Shown one piece after another: positions 15,790 through 28,850 of a stretch of DNA of 64,000 bases (position 1 is its first letter; every line of letters begins with the position of its first letter). The stretch lies in contig OZ076419.1 of assembly GCA_964187785.1 (NCBI GenBank), forward strand, positions 1,984,001 to 2,048,000, read 5' to 3'. Position numbers and translations under genes: made by a program. The notes under the pieces are model-generated. The model was not told the DNA's origin, made no database searches, and saw only the letters and a list, made by a program, of their open reading frames with translations. The DNA comes from Amphiscolops sp. MND2022. Taxonomy: Eukaryota.

Positions 15790-16739
15790 AAGTGGTTAAT
15801 GACAAATGGGGTAATGGTATCAACAAGTTGTAAACCTCTCTGACGTCAAGAGTTTTCGTCTCTGCTTCCATGTAGTCCGTTTTAAAGAGAGTAAATGCAA
15901 CTCTCGTTTATACTTATTAACGTGATGTCTTTTTACGTTTTGCAAGTTTCCGTGGAGTATGTTTACTATCACTCGCTTAGAACCCGAATAAACTCTATTG
16001 GACACGATTGGAGAAGTTGCTTTTTGCTCTTGAGGGAAAGTGATTGGAACGCGTGGAAAATAGAGAGATGATGTGTGCTCATCGTCCAAAGCTGTCAACT
16101 GCTTCAAACTCTCTGTCACGTAAAACTTTGAAGAAGTCTTTCCACCATTTGTCCAGTAACGAAACCTATCGTCTGTTCGCGGCGATAAATCAATAAACAA
16201 ATGACCAAAAGGAACACCCGTTGCATCTCTGTACCAATACACTAAAGAGGAACAAAGTAATGGTTGAATACTAAGTGTATGTATTTGCATATCATCCCGA
16301 GGCGACTTCAAAATGCAATGTGTGTAGTTTGTAGCTCAATATCGCGTCAGAGAGTGCTCTTGTGAAACAAATTGTGTTTAATGTATATAGTGCTGAGTTC
16401 ACGGTGTCTTCCAGAGGTGGCAATTTTGACAAATTCTTTGGAACTGCACACTTCCTCACAATAACTGTCAAAAATCAGATTTTTTGTTCCGTTGATTTTC
16501 AAAGAATCAATCAACTCAAAACTCACTCCCTTGACAAACTCGATACAATCAATTTCTTTTTGCATCTTGTCGTATAGTGATTGACGATATTGGTAAAAGA
16601 ATTTTAGCGAAATCTTGGCAAATCTAAGTTGAAACGTTCCATTAATTAAACACTCGTAAATCAACTGAGTTTTACCAGATTCACTCAGTCCAACCATGGA
16701 CATAAAGACGCAGTTTTTAATGGATATCAACTTGTTCAT
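15790..16739 (-). pseudogene. Maverick-1 A32/FtsK-like packaging ATPase plus small basic ORF (copy B)
   Basis: Degenerate Walker A GLSESGKT, IFDS..EE, ATSGRHRELSTIYIKHNLF, FGHLFIDL. Confidence 0.8.
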
Positions 16740-17812
16740 AGTCTCGGCGTTGGAATAATAACTCCTGCTGCGCTACACAAAATTCCAACCCACACTGTAG
16801 ATTCTTCACAGCTTGTTGCTAAATGAACTCTCCAAAACTACACAAAATTATCAAAAAATGATAAAAATTGTGACAAGTACACAATTAATGATCCAGAGCA
16901 GGATTTTCCCACGCCACGCACGTCCACGTTCACTGTTATTTCCGTCAAAAACTTTTTTCCAGATTGAGGTTACTCTCAGTCATCTAGCTTGCTAGCGTGA
17001 GTGTACCTTCAAGAATGAATCTACTTTTATGGAAAGGAGAAAATGTAAACTGAACAAAAAATTCAATATTGTATGAATGAGTAAAACAAAGACGTACAAA
17101 AAATTTACAAATTGAAAACAGTCCATACTCCAAACGCTTCGGCTTCTCGCTCAGCACAATGTGGATTCGTCTTGTGTCTGTAGGGATAGATAGTGCACAG
17201 CCAGTCCGTGTTCAAATGTTGAATCCTGGGACAACCATAGTCATCCAAGTTGAAGGTTCCAAGGAGGAAATTGTCAAGTCTTGGACGATATCATTCACTA
17301 TGATTGTGACAACGTCTGGTGGAATGTCCAGAGTCCATTGGGTTCCGTTGTTGGAGACTGAGAAGAACATTGTTGTTGATTGCAGAACGTCTTGATTGTA
17401 GTTAGTTTTGAAATGAATTGAATTCTAGTTGCATGAAAAAAGACTTTGTAGTGATATTGAACAGCCAGTAGGAAAGTGCCACGGTCATTTCCCTACATGG
17501 ACTTGTTCTTTTGTCCTGATGGTTCTTCTGAGCGTTGATTGGTTGGCTTTTTCCTCAGGAGTTGTGGTAGGATGTCCATTCTTTTGTTGTTTTCGACTCG
17601 TTCTTTTTGTTCGCGCTCGTAATCTCTCGTCGTCATGGCTCTGAGTGTGTGTATGCCAGCATCTTTCAAAATCAACTGCTGTGTATGATCCTTAAAACGA
17701 ACACCCTGTACAAGAAAATCAGCGTCACACTATAGACAATTGTAATGATATTATTCTCTGGAATCCTCCTTGCAGTAATGTTCGAATATTAAATTTTGTA
17801 GCTCACATTCAG

Positions 17813-18404
17813 GACAGTAAAGGTCCCCGGTTGTTTTTAGTCGGCGCTTCATGAAGTGAAACGCGACTATTATAGTGACTCTTTTTTTCTATCCACACGA
17901 TTTTACCAAAATAGTTCTTAAAAGTTCTACAAAATATTATGGTGTCAAATTGCACCATTTGGCCTAGCGAACTGGACCAAAATGGTTTTACCTGTTTTTC
18001 CGCGTAACATACCATACCGGGAGAGACCAAAAAGTCCCCCCTTTCAATTTTTTTTCGGCACTGCGAGACATTTTTTTTCGGAATTTTTTTTCGAAATTTT
18101 TTTTCCTCAAAGGGTCCCCCCTGCAATTTTTCATGCTTTGCGACAGAATGGATGTTGAAAAACCTCAAAGGGTCCCCCCTTTCAGTTTTTCGGCATTGTG
18201 AGACGTTAGCGCGCCAGGGGCTCGCGCTAGCGAGCCCCGTCGCGCCACTCGGTCCAATTTTTTTAGTATGTAATTTTTTCAAAAAAATTTTTTTCAAAAA
18301 ATTTCGATTTTCGAGTACTGTAAAAGAGTACTTGACACTTGGAAGTCTTTTTGCTATTTTTGAGCCTTGGATATGGCGCCGACTTGGGCCGGTCCCGGCT
18401 TGTT
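17813..18404. repeat. MITE-like family copy inserted in Maverick-1
   Basis: Inverted GTCGGCGC (17840) and GCGCCGAC (18376) subterminal motifs; ends CCCGGCTTGTT; contains the hairpin GGGGCTCGC-GCTA-GCGAGCCCC (18217-18238). Confidence 0.75.
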
Positions 18405-19145
18405 ATAATTGCGTTGAGCTCCATTAGACGTCGTAGTTACTTTCGATGATTCCGCTCTTGGTCGATATAACGTAGCGGTCCTTATACAGTTCGTACAGAT
18501 CGTTGTGGCTGAGGTTGACAATTTGAAGGCCTACGTCGCCACAGCATTATGGCAATGCTATGAACAGCACGTGACTTTGCTTTCAACATCTACACCAACC
18601 GTCTTGTTTATTTCCATTCTTGGAAAGTAAAAAAAGGAATGCAAGATGAAAGCGTAACAGGCTGTCAGCTACCCACGCTACACACATCGGCGTCTTGTCG
18701 AGAAATTTTTTTCTACTTGAATAATTTTCTCAGACATTGTGGCGTCCCATGAGGGAAACTTGCTCCAATTGAGTGGTTTTCACAGACAACGTGGCGTCCC
18801 CTGAGAAGAACTTGGTCCACTTGAGCAATTAACTTTCAGGGAGATTAAAAGTGATTGACAGGTATTTGAGAGGGAACGCTAACGCTAGTGCGTAATTAAT
18901 TTCCTTTTAAGGTAGGCTAATACTTCTTGTTACAGTTGAGTGACTCATACCTTTCGTATATGGTTGAACAATTATAAAACTCTTTTTTATATTATTTCGA
19001 TTTCAGTTTTCAATTCACTTTTTTGCAGTCTAGTTGCTTGCTCTCAATTAAAATTTATCACACATTTCATTTCCAATTTTATTTTCTTGCTTTCAGACTT
19101 ACAAAGTTCTGTTACAGTTCTATTTCCTTGCTTTGAGATGAACAA

Positions 19146-22100
19146 TTGTTACACTTGCTGCTTGAAATGCCTGCTCTTGATCGAAATCAAAAAGTTGCCT
19201 GCCCCAATTGTGGTACCAAAGTGTCTATGCAAAACCTCCTGCCAGTACACAAAAAGAGATTCTCCGTTGGGACACCATTTTGCTCTAAATGCCCCTATTT
19301 CTCAACCAAGTCACGACATGACTTGAATTATCACATTGCAAAGAAGCACGGAGCTTCCAAGTTCACAGTTTCCCACATTTGTATGATTTCCAAAAAAATT
19401 TACTGGCTTTTATGCATTACGTCAACACAAAACTCTCGAAATAGGGCTACGTGCATGTTCTCAGTTTTTCATGGACTCTGAATGTAAACGTGGGTGACAC
19501 AAAGTGTTTTATTACGCAGTGGAGAAAACTAAACACGGAAATTGTCAAAAATAAACTTGATCATTTCTTCAACAATTTGAAGTGTGCTGCAAACTTTAAC
19601 CTTGCATTTGGATTCATTTTTAGAAGCTTGGAAGATGGACGTTACCGTTATTTTTACCCGAACGAAAACAATTTTCTGTTGGATCGATCACAATTTGTGT
19701 GCACCAAAGACGACTTGACAAAATTGAAAAACGTTGTCAATCAAATTGACATAATCGAATCATGTACCAGAGAAAGGATGAATACAAAGTGGAGACTTTA
19801 CAAGCTCACAAACATAACTGTGTTTGTTGCTTTGCTAAAAGACATTTCCATGGGATGTAGAGATGCTGTACTTCCTGATGCACTGCTGAAAAACCATACT
19901 GTCAACTGTTTGACATTCGAGCAGAACGCAAGGCAACCCTATAACGACAACTTGTTTTTCTCCCAGCAGTAACACTTCATCTCCATGTATATGAAAAGTT
20001 GGAAAAAGAGACTTGCAAAGTGTTTAATCTTTACATGGAAGAGGAAGGAGGGATAGAACCAGCAACATTCCAGGGTGTCTGCGTGGGAAAAATTCCTCTG
20101 GTTGAAGACTTGATTCAAGACAATATCTATCTTACGACATTGATATTGTCGATCGATCACTTGTTGGTGAACTTCCACGAAGAAACATTCAAAACTATTG
20201 CAACACTGCCAGTTTACTGAGTTACAATTACCACATTTGCTACGTCTCCATTATCAATGCAAAATTTATATCTTCTCGTTGCTCAACTTGTAACCAGTTT
20301 TTCAACAAAACTGGAGACTTGGAACGTCACCTAGTTCTTTGCAAGGTAAGCGTCAAACACGGTTATCCGAGAATAGTTTATCAGTTGAGGTAAAAATTGT
20401 TTGATAAACTGGATTTCTTATCATACTTTACTCAAAGAAACAGCAATTGTTCAAAAGCTTGTGCGAGAGACGAACAATTCAAGTATACCGAGACAACACA
20501 GTGGATTTTGAAGCACGTGCCAGTATCTGTATCTATAAGTCCATTTACATTGAAACCACATTGTTTCTCTGCAATTCCAACCCGCGACATTTGGTTGAAT
20601 CATTTGTTGTTGCTCTAGAGCTGCACAGTGCAAAGCTCAAATGAAGCTACAGTTTTTGGATATCGAGACTAGCATCAAAAACCGTCTCAACTCAATTTTT
20701 GCTGTCCTGAATGAAAGACGTGGTCGCCGAGGAACTGTTTTGGACTTGGTAGATGAATGTCCTAAGGAAGACGAAAAAGACGTTTCTATTCAGTTCTTGC
20801 AAATGCAAAAGAATCAACTCATTGACTTGCAGGATTACTTGGAGAGATGTTGCAACGTGTTACCAGTCTTCGGCTTCAATAGTTCCAAATACGACATTAA
20901 CCTTATCAAGCGTTATTTATTATCATTATTGGTTAACGAGAGAGCACTGGAACCCACAGTGATTAAAAAAGCGAATCACTTTGTCGCTTTCAAATTTGGA
21001 GATGTTCAAATGTTGGACATTTTGAATTTCTTGGGCGGAGCAACCGGCCTTGATTTCTTCCTCAAAGCTTACAAGACGTCAGAGACGAAAGGTTACCTCC
21101 CCTATGAATGGTTTGACTGTCCTGAAAAGCTAAATGACATACAATTACCTCCATAAGAGTCATTTTTCAACAAGTTGCGAAATTGCAACCCTCTGGAGAG
21201 TGAATGCACTGACTATGAAGAATTGCTCTAGAGTGGTTCAACACCAGAGTCTGCCTTGACCAAGTTGCGGTTGAATCAACTTCCTCTCACAGCGAAAGAA
21301 AATTATGAGAATCTCGTCAGTATATGGGAGACTGAGACGATGACCACGTTCAAAGACTTTTTGCGGTGGTACAACAACAAGGAAGTCGTTCCCACACTAG
21401 AAACTATTCTGAAAATGATTGCATTTTACCACCTCAAGGGAACTGACATGTTGAAGCTTGGTTGTACTTTACCCAATTTAGCCACAAATCAACAAATGGG
21501 AAAGTTTATCAGAGAACGATAAGGACTGGCTTGGAAAGATACGAGACAATATGGTTGGTGGTCCATCCATTGTATTTGCAAGAAAAGCTGTTGTGAACGA
21601 AACTTTTGTTCGGGATTCAGCAAGCGTTTGTAAGTCAATGGTGGGCATTCATGCTAGTCAGCTTTACCCCTTCTGAAAGTTTCAAGAAATGCCTACTGGA
21701 CTTACCACGCGATAGGACCGCGATCCAGAGTCTGGCAGATTCAAACCCCGCCAGAACAAGACGAGGAGCTTTGAGAACATGGTATTATCTTACTATCAAC
21801 GAATACGGATAGAGTGTAAAATTGTCAGCTTTTACACCACAGGCACACAGAAAAAGACTAACTGATTCAGCGTTGACGGGTTCCGTGAGCACTGCAACAC
21901 TGTATTTGAAGCCATGAGGTGTTATTATCAACACATATTATTACTGTCCCTGTCAAGAAGCACGTCCTTCGCCTACAGAAGAAGAGATTCAGAGGGGAAC
22001 AAAAAGTGAGAAATGGATGAGTTGCGAAGACATTATTTAATGGAAAAGGGTTTCCCAGTCATGAAGATGTATGAGCGCAAATGGTGGCCGCTTTACAAAA

Positions 22101-23380
22101 CCGACGTTGTAGTCAAGCAGCATTTACGTGAATCTTTCCCCTACAAGATACCTCTCAGCGAAGAGAGACTATTGGAGAAAATCAAGAATGGATCCCTTTT
22201 TCTGTTACGTCCAGAGTGATATTGAAGTTCCTCCAGTTCGCTAACTTTTTCCCAATCTTTAAAAATGTCAATGTGAGCAGAGACGACTTTGAAGTTTTGA
22301 TGAAAACTTACGCTGAACAAGAAGGACTTTCATCACAACCGAAGAGAATGTTAATTTCAAGTTATTCGTTGGAGAATGGAACATTAACTACACCTTTGTT
22401 ACTTTTTCAAATGAGCTTGAGGCTTATGTGTAAAAAGATCTAACGTTTTGTTCGGTATCCCCTAAAGAAATTTTTTAACATTTTTGTCCAGTCCGCAGTC
22501 GATGCAGGAAGAGAATGAGATGAGAACCCTAACTCGAGTGTTGTACCAGAGACAATGAAGCTGCTCGCAAACAGTTCCTATGGTAATCAAACAATGGACA
22601 GGAGCCGTCACACTGTTACAAAGTATTTGTGCGATGAAAAGGCGCATCAGCAATCAACAACATAATGTTTAGAGACTCAATATCATCAATGAGAAGTTTT
22701 ATGAGGTAGAGTTTGTAATTTGTGAGATTGAGCACAGGGAACCAAATATTGTTGGGTTCTTCATTCTACAATATGCTAAACGGAGAATGTTGGAGCTCTA
22801 TTAGAATTGTTTTTGTCAAGTATTGTGACATTGATAAGTTTGAGGAGCTTGAAATGGATACAGACTCACTCTATCTTGCATTAGCTGAAAAAGGAGTTAT
22901 ATGACTGTATTCGTTCTGATAAGAAACAAGAGTGGCTATCTCCGTTCTTCTGATTGTACAGACGACTTCATTGCCAATTCAACTACTAGTTTCTTTCCGC
23001 GTACTTGCTGTACATTGAACAACAAACATGACAAGCGGGAACCTGGACTCTTCAAGGAAGAATTTCGCTTTCACAGAAATGTTGTGTCTGTGCAGCAAGA
23101 CATACTGCTGTAATGACTCTTGCTCACTTAAATTCAAGTTTAGCAGTAAAGGACTAAACAAGAGAACACTTGAAAGCAGTGGTGACGGTCCTATGTCCAA
23201 TTACAGAAATGTTTTGGGAGAGACTGTCAACGTGACATCAACTAATCATGGTTTTTGTACAATTGATCACGTTGTGAGTACTTACGAACAGACAGAAAAG
23301 CACTCTCTTCTTTTTCTCCCAAGCGTATTGTTCAGGACGATGGAATTCACACTCACTCGTCCACTAACGGTCTATTCTTT
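19146..23380 (+). pseudogene. Maverick-1 protein-primed family B DNA polymerase with N-terminal C2H2 fingers, heavily frameshifted
   Basis: CPNCG..H and CSKC..HIAKKH fingers; FGFNSSKYD (Exo II), KGYLPYEW, VGGPSIVF, ASQLYP (motif A), KLLANSSYG (motif B), MDTDS (motif C), REPGLFKEE. Confidence 0.88.
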
Positions 23381-23399
23381 TCAAGATACATTTGTATTA

Positions 23400-23974
23400 G
23401 GTTTATACATTATACTTTTTTTCTATTTAAAAATAATTTTTTGTCCTCAACACAGTAGTCAAGTAATTAGTAGTCAACCTCTATGGCGGATAAAATTTTC
23501 CGGTGGCGGATGAATTTTTCCGCAGGCGGATAAAACACTCCGCAGGCGGATAAAACTTTGCGGGGGAGGGTAAATTTTTCCCGCTGGCGGCCGGGCTCAC
23601 TAAAAATCTCTTTTACCCAAAATCTTACAGGGCCGAAAATGTCTCACAGTGCCGAAAAAGCCTGTTCACTATCTTAAAACATTACCGAAGCTCTTCCCTA
23701 TCTTTGACGGGAATCATTGAGTACATCTTTAGAAATTGACAATCACTCGGCTCCATACCTTTATACATTGAGTCAAGTCATCAGCCAATCAGAATCGAGC
23801 ACGACTCGAGTTGTCAGCCAAAAAGAATCGAGCATGATACGGAAAAACTCAAGCCGAAGCCAGTCGTGACGGTGCAAGACCCTTGTCGGCTCTGGGCTCG
23901 AGTCGGCTCGCTATAGCCTATCTTAAAACATAGGCGCTTGCACCCCCACCTGATCAGCTCCTACTCTTACTACT
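23400..23974 (-). repeat. Maverick-1 right TIR with intact AGTAGT terminus
   Basis: Inverted homology to 8705-9200; terminal CTTACTACT at 23966-23974. Confidence 0.75.
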
Positions 23975-24112
23975 CAGGAGTTTTTCATGAAAATGTCCTA
24001 CGCATATTTTAAAACTGCGCTTTTTGAGCCTTAGATATAGCGCCGACTTTAGACGTCCCAGCCTTTTTTTATTTTTCAGTTTACTCGGAATGGTCCTTTT
24101 TTGTTCATTTGT

Positions 24113-24245
24113 TCAACGTTTTACCCGAGTTATTTTAGTTCGGATATAACGTTTCAAAGTTCGAATGTAACGTTTTCAAACTTAAGTTCGGGTATAACGG
24201 TTTCAAAGTTTGGATATAACGTTTTCAAAGTTCGGAGGATAAAAC
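24113..24245 (+). repeat. Short tandem array of ~22-bp GTTCGGATATAACGTTTTCAAA units
   Basis: About 5 degenerate copies. The TTCGGATATAACGT core also occurs at ~28120-28230 (+) and ~42850-42970 (-). Confidence 0.7.
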
Positions 24246-24924
24246 GTTTTCTTTTTCCCCAATTTTTTTCGATTTTTCCCAAAATTTCACATAATTTGTT
24301 GAACCTTAGATATGGCCTCGACTTGGGCCGTTCCCGGCTTGTTAGAATATTGGTTCCCAAATGCAAATTATTTGCAAATATTGCTCTAGGTTTGTTCTAC
24401 TGTCGCTTTTTCGTTAGCGTTGTTGTTTCGGAACTTTGTGAGAATTTTACAGGTCGCAGTGAAGATGAATCGCGCCTTCCTTTTCTTATCAGAGAGATTG
24501 GAGTGTGACAAATCGTATTAATTCCCGAAATGGCTGCTCTTTATAATGGCTCTAATGGTGCTCTTTCATCTTGTGCATTCTTGCAACCAAACTTGGCCAA
24601 GCGCGAGATTGCAACACATTGATTCTTGTTTCCCAGACACTTGCAGAACCCATCAGAAACAATGGAGAATACTTCAACACCGCACCAGTAGTTAACGACG
24701 AAACGCTTCAAAACTAATGAAGTGAATGAAACGCTTCAATCGATTTTCATGGAAACTTAAGATTACAACTTTCAAATAACAGTGCTGAAGGCATTTACAT
24801 GATATTTCCGGAACAAAAAAAAGTTAGGAGAAAAAACTTGGGAAATTCAGAAAAAAAATCGCAAAACTCCAAATCTAACTTTTTTTGTTCGTATAGTTGG
24901 TTTTAGTTGGTTTTAGTTAGAATT

Positions 24925-25616
24925 GTTGTGAATTTGTTCTAGAGTCCAACGAATAAAACAAAGTGATAAAACGAATTGTTCATGAACAGAGTTTTGAACC
25001 AAAGGAATCTGTTTTTTTTTCGCTTAGAGACGAACGGAGAGTGTATAAAGACTGTTAAGATGTAGCCATTTGAGCTAACACTGTTTCTGTTTTAAATTCG
25101 TTGGTTAAGCATTGATCAACGTGAACTCCCGAGTAGTTCACATACTAGGAACATTCAAATGTTTCGTTATCCAGTGTAGTTTTCCTCTTTGTGCTTTCGT
25201 TTTGTCATAAGATACCAAAAAAACTGAAAGTTGTTTCCTGGCCTTTCATCATTAGTTTTGTTTGAAGTACTCTTTCAAACAAAACTAATGATGAAAGGCC
25301 AGGAAACAACTTTCAGTTTTTTTGGTATCTTATGACAAAACGAAAGCACAAAGAGGAAAACTACACTGGATAACGAAACATTTGAATGTTCCTAGTATGT
25401 GAACTACTCGGGAGTTCACGTTGATCAATGCTTAACCAACGAATTTAAAACAGAAACAGTGTTAGCTCAAATGGCTACATCTTAACAGTCTTTATACACT
25501 CTCCGTTCGTCTCTAAGCGAAAAAAAAAACAGATTCCTTTGGTTCAAAACTCTGTTCATGAACAATTCGTTTTATCACTTTGTTTTATTCGTTGGACTCT
25601 AGAACAAATTCACAAC
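24925..25616. repeat. Near-perfect long palindrome (arms 24925-25266 and 25274-25616, 7-nt spacer)
   Basis: The arms are reverse complements; the only difference found is T9 versus A10 in a homopolymer. Confidence 0.95.
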
Positions 25617-26827
25617 TAATCTGGAAAAGCAACTAAGATGGGCGGTGAAAGTCTGTTTTTCTCGCACAAAATTCCGAAGATCGTGACTGAATTTCCAATC
25701 ATAGCAATAACAACATCTTTCGCGTGAAAACGTGCTTGATCGAAATAATTTTGGTAACAAGTTAGTGTTTTTGAAAAATTAACAGGGAGAAACATTCAAA
25801 GAAAGGTTGAAAAAGGATGATATTGAAAACAGACAGGTTGGTGTATAGTTATGAAGATTCTTAGTTTTTGGGAAGGTAACTGAAAGCGTGGATAGCTTTG
25901 TCAGTTATCTTGGGAATTAGAGATTACATCGTCGTCAAGTAACTGCATTGAACATGACAATTTGATAAATTCTCTCTTGATAAACATGACAATTTGATAA
26001 ATAATTTTCGTAAAAAAGAGTGTTGATTCCAGTCAAACAGTGCGGTGTGTTCATCGCGCATTCTGACTTTTTGATGCAGAGGGGAAATAAAAGTTCCGGA
26101 TTTTGATCGTTGAGCGTATTTACAGAAAAGTTGAAACCACTTGACAATTTTCAACCTAAAAGTAGTTCAATTCCAGAACGTCTATAAAGCGTAATTCAGT
26201 CAATCTTTGACTAGAATTCTGTTTTTTTTTAGTACTTGAAAGTATATTTTGAAAATATATTTTGAAAGTATATTATGAAAATATTTTGAGTGTTTAAAAT
26301 ATAAAATGATAACGCTGGCTGCTAATAATAGTGGCTGTTAATCGAACTAGCAAGATCTGTCTAGTTCGTTGCGGCATTGGTGTCGCAATGTAACTTCAAA
26401 TTCGCAGTTATGTTGGGTTCTAGTTGGCAGAAAGGCCAATCCGGTAACTGCGTAACTCAGAAATATGCCCTCTGGACACGTGTATAGTTGCGTTAATTTG
26501 TTGAAATATAACCTTTTGGTTCATCACAGGAAGCACATTTCTTGCCAACATTTCCGTGTAAATTTACGATTAGACGGAAGACACTCTGTGTTTTGAGAAC
26601 AGAAGGGCTTACTTGTCCAAAGACCAATTACTACTGTTTCACCATTGCTCTTCTAGGGGAGTGCGGTTGAGGAAAAAATTAAACTCCGTCAATGATCACT
26701 CAATGACAGTTTATTAATTGAAAAGTCGGTGAAAATCAATGCATTCAGAAAAAAATTAAAAAATCATTATTTCAAAAGATTTTCTTAGAGAAAAATTAAT
26801 ATTCTGAACTTTGCTAGAGAAATACGG

Positions 26828-27316
26828 TGGGGTGTCACGAAGCAGAATATTCACTAAGCCGAAAAATTGAAAGTATTCACTAAGCCGAAAAATACAATGA
26901 AATGTATACTGTTACAGCCAATATGTATGGAACTTGATTTATTTGAATAGGTTAGAATATTTGTTGTATGGCTCGGTCGCTTCGCTCCCTTCGCCAGGTA
27001 GCAACATTGAGGCATGGCCAAATGGCACGTCGCTCCGCTTCGCTTCGCTCCTGCATTTAGGGCACTAGGAGTATGTGAACATAGCTGACTGGGGGAAATT
27101 GAAAATTTCATTTTTAAAAAAAAATTCTGAAGGGACTTCGTTCCGGTCCGCCCGCGTCAGCCAATTAGATTGCAGAGAATTATACAGTGCTACGTAATTT
27201 TCGGCTTAGTGAATACTTTCATTTTTTCGGCTTAGTGAATACTTTCGTTTTTTCGGCTTAGTGAATACTTTCGTTTTTTCGGCTTAGTGAATATTCTGCT
27301 TCGTGGGAAGCCCCCA
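26828..27316. mobile_element. Non-autonomous TIR element (MITE) with subterminal tandem repeats
   Basis: 31-bp inverted repeat CACGAAGCAGAATATTCACTAAGCCGAAAAA (26836-26866 and 27275-27305). A TTCACTAAGCCGAAAA unit occurs twice at the left end and four times inverted at the right end. No TSD identified. Confidence 0.75.
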
Positions 27317-28315
27317 GAAATACTTTGCTTCCCACTGGAAATAATGTTACCTCCGTCTCTCCATACTATAAATTGAACTATACTGAAGTTGGATTGGTTA
27401 GAAATCCGGAAATTATTAGATATTTTCAACTGAAATGATGCTGGAAAGATTACAAATCTTCCTGAAAACAGCCAATGAGAATTGAGATTGATTCATTGAC
27501 TGAAATTTTACAGCGTTGATAAAACCAATGAATTGATATATTCATTGGTTTTCAATGAAATATCAATTAATCGCACACTCCTATGCTCTTCCCAGCAAAG
27601 GATTGTGGTGTCACCGGTTAGCGTCAACAACTGACGGTCGCCACACTAACTCTTGTCGTTGACGACTGAAGCCAAAGCTCGACTCATCTGAGAACATGTT
27701 ATTCAAATTTCTGTCACTATCTACCGTTTGTTTTCACACCAGTCGATACGGTTCTCCAATGTTGAAGATGTAATTTTGGATTTCTGGCCGCAGTGCATCA
27801 TTTTAGGTCATATTTGCAAAAATGTGTTGCATGTGACGCGTCGCAACGATAACGCTGGTATCCAAGTTCCGTTTTAGCTTGGGGGAGCTCAAAAAGAAAA
27901 TATGGGAAAGTCTGAGTAGTCTCCTGATGTTCCAGGGCGATATTAACCTCGGTCTTCCAATATGTGTTTTTGGTTCCTAATGGCCTACAGTGACGTTTGT
28001 CAAATCTAAATCACTCACAATACTTGCATAACAATACGCCCGCTATGTACCGGGATATTTTCCGCCTTGAAAGCGGAAATCGAAAATTTATCTCCTCTTC
28101 GGTAAAACGCAATTTACTTCGGATATAACGTCAATATTCGAATATAGCGCAATTTTTTTTACCTCCGTTTCCTCCGTAGAAAAGCACAATTTATTTCACA
28201 TTAAACGTCCAAAGTTCGGATATAGCGTGCTGTGACAAATGGAAACGCTTGTTTTTGAACCTCTGCCTCCTCAGTAAAACGCAATGTTCAATCTAAATTG
28301 GAGTAAAAGGTGCAG

Positions 28316-28680
28316 TGAAAATAACTTAAGAATATTCGGTCTCTCTACAGATCGTTTTGAGGGTTAATAAAAATCAATTGAATATGGCTATATACGGTCG
28401 TATGGGTTCCAAATCCTTCGAATAATACAAATGAAACATCCAAAAGATCAGTATAATATTTGTCAAAATTCAAATTAACATAAAGAATAGCATCAGGATG
28501 GTAAACATTTGCAAACAATATTTCGTAGCAAGGCCTTTTTCGTATTCGAATATTCAATTACTTTCTAGAATATTCTCGAACTTTTTACGATCATCGAATG
28601 TTCTAGAATATTCCAATTATGTTTCCAAAACACGCAAATGAGTGACGTCTATTTGCTTTTAATCTTATTGCTTGTCAACA
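28316..28680 (-). repeat. 3' LTR (365 bp)
   Basis: About 10 substitutions plus one 20-bp insertion (28561-28580) relative to the 5' LTR. Confidence 0.95.
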
Positions 28681-28691
28681 TCCTCCGGGCC
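28681..28691 (-). promoter_or_regulatory. Polypurine tract (GGCCCGGAGGA) abutting the 3' LTR
   Basis: Position immediately before the 3' LTR TG; short and imperfect. Confidence 0.5.
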
Positions 28692-28850
28692 CAAGAAGAT
28701 GTGGAGAAATGAATCAGTCGAACAAAAAAGTTTTTTTTTTCAATTGCATGTTTTCATACATGTTACATGAAATATAATAATGTATATAATGTACCGCGAA
28801 ATTTTATGAAAACAAAATTTGTGTGAAAACAAAATTTTATGAATTATATA

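Larger units (their letters stand above)
12430..16380. repeat. Tandem duplication inside Maverick-1: copy A 12430-14407, copy B 14410-16380
   Basis: Both copies start GCAAAACGTTTGTAAAAGAA and end ATTGTGTTTA. They differ only by scattered SNPs and short indels. Confidence 0.95.
8705..23974. mobile_element. Maverick/Polinton-1 (endogenous virus-like element), decayed, left terminus truncated
   Basis: Contains pPolB, retroviral-like integrase, packaging ATPase, major and minor capsid and adenain-like protease remnants. Degenerate long inverted repeats lie at 8705-~9200 and ~23400-23850. The right end ...CTTACTACT (23974) reads AGTAGTAAG on the minus strand. Confidence 0.9.

Noticed and set aside
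17809-18427. 162-aa and 91-aa ORFs
   Set aside because: They lie wholly within a non-coding repeat family with homopolymer runs.
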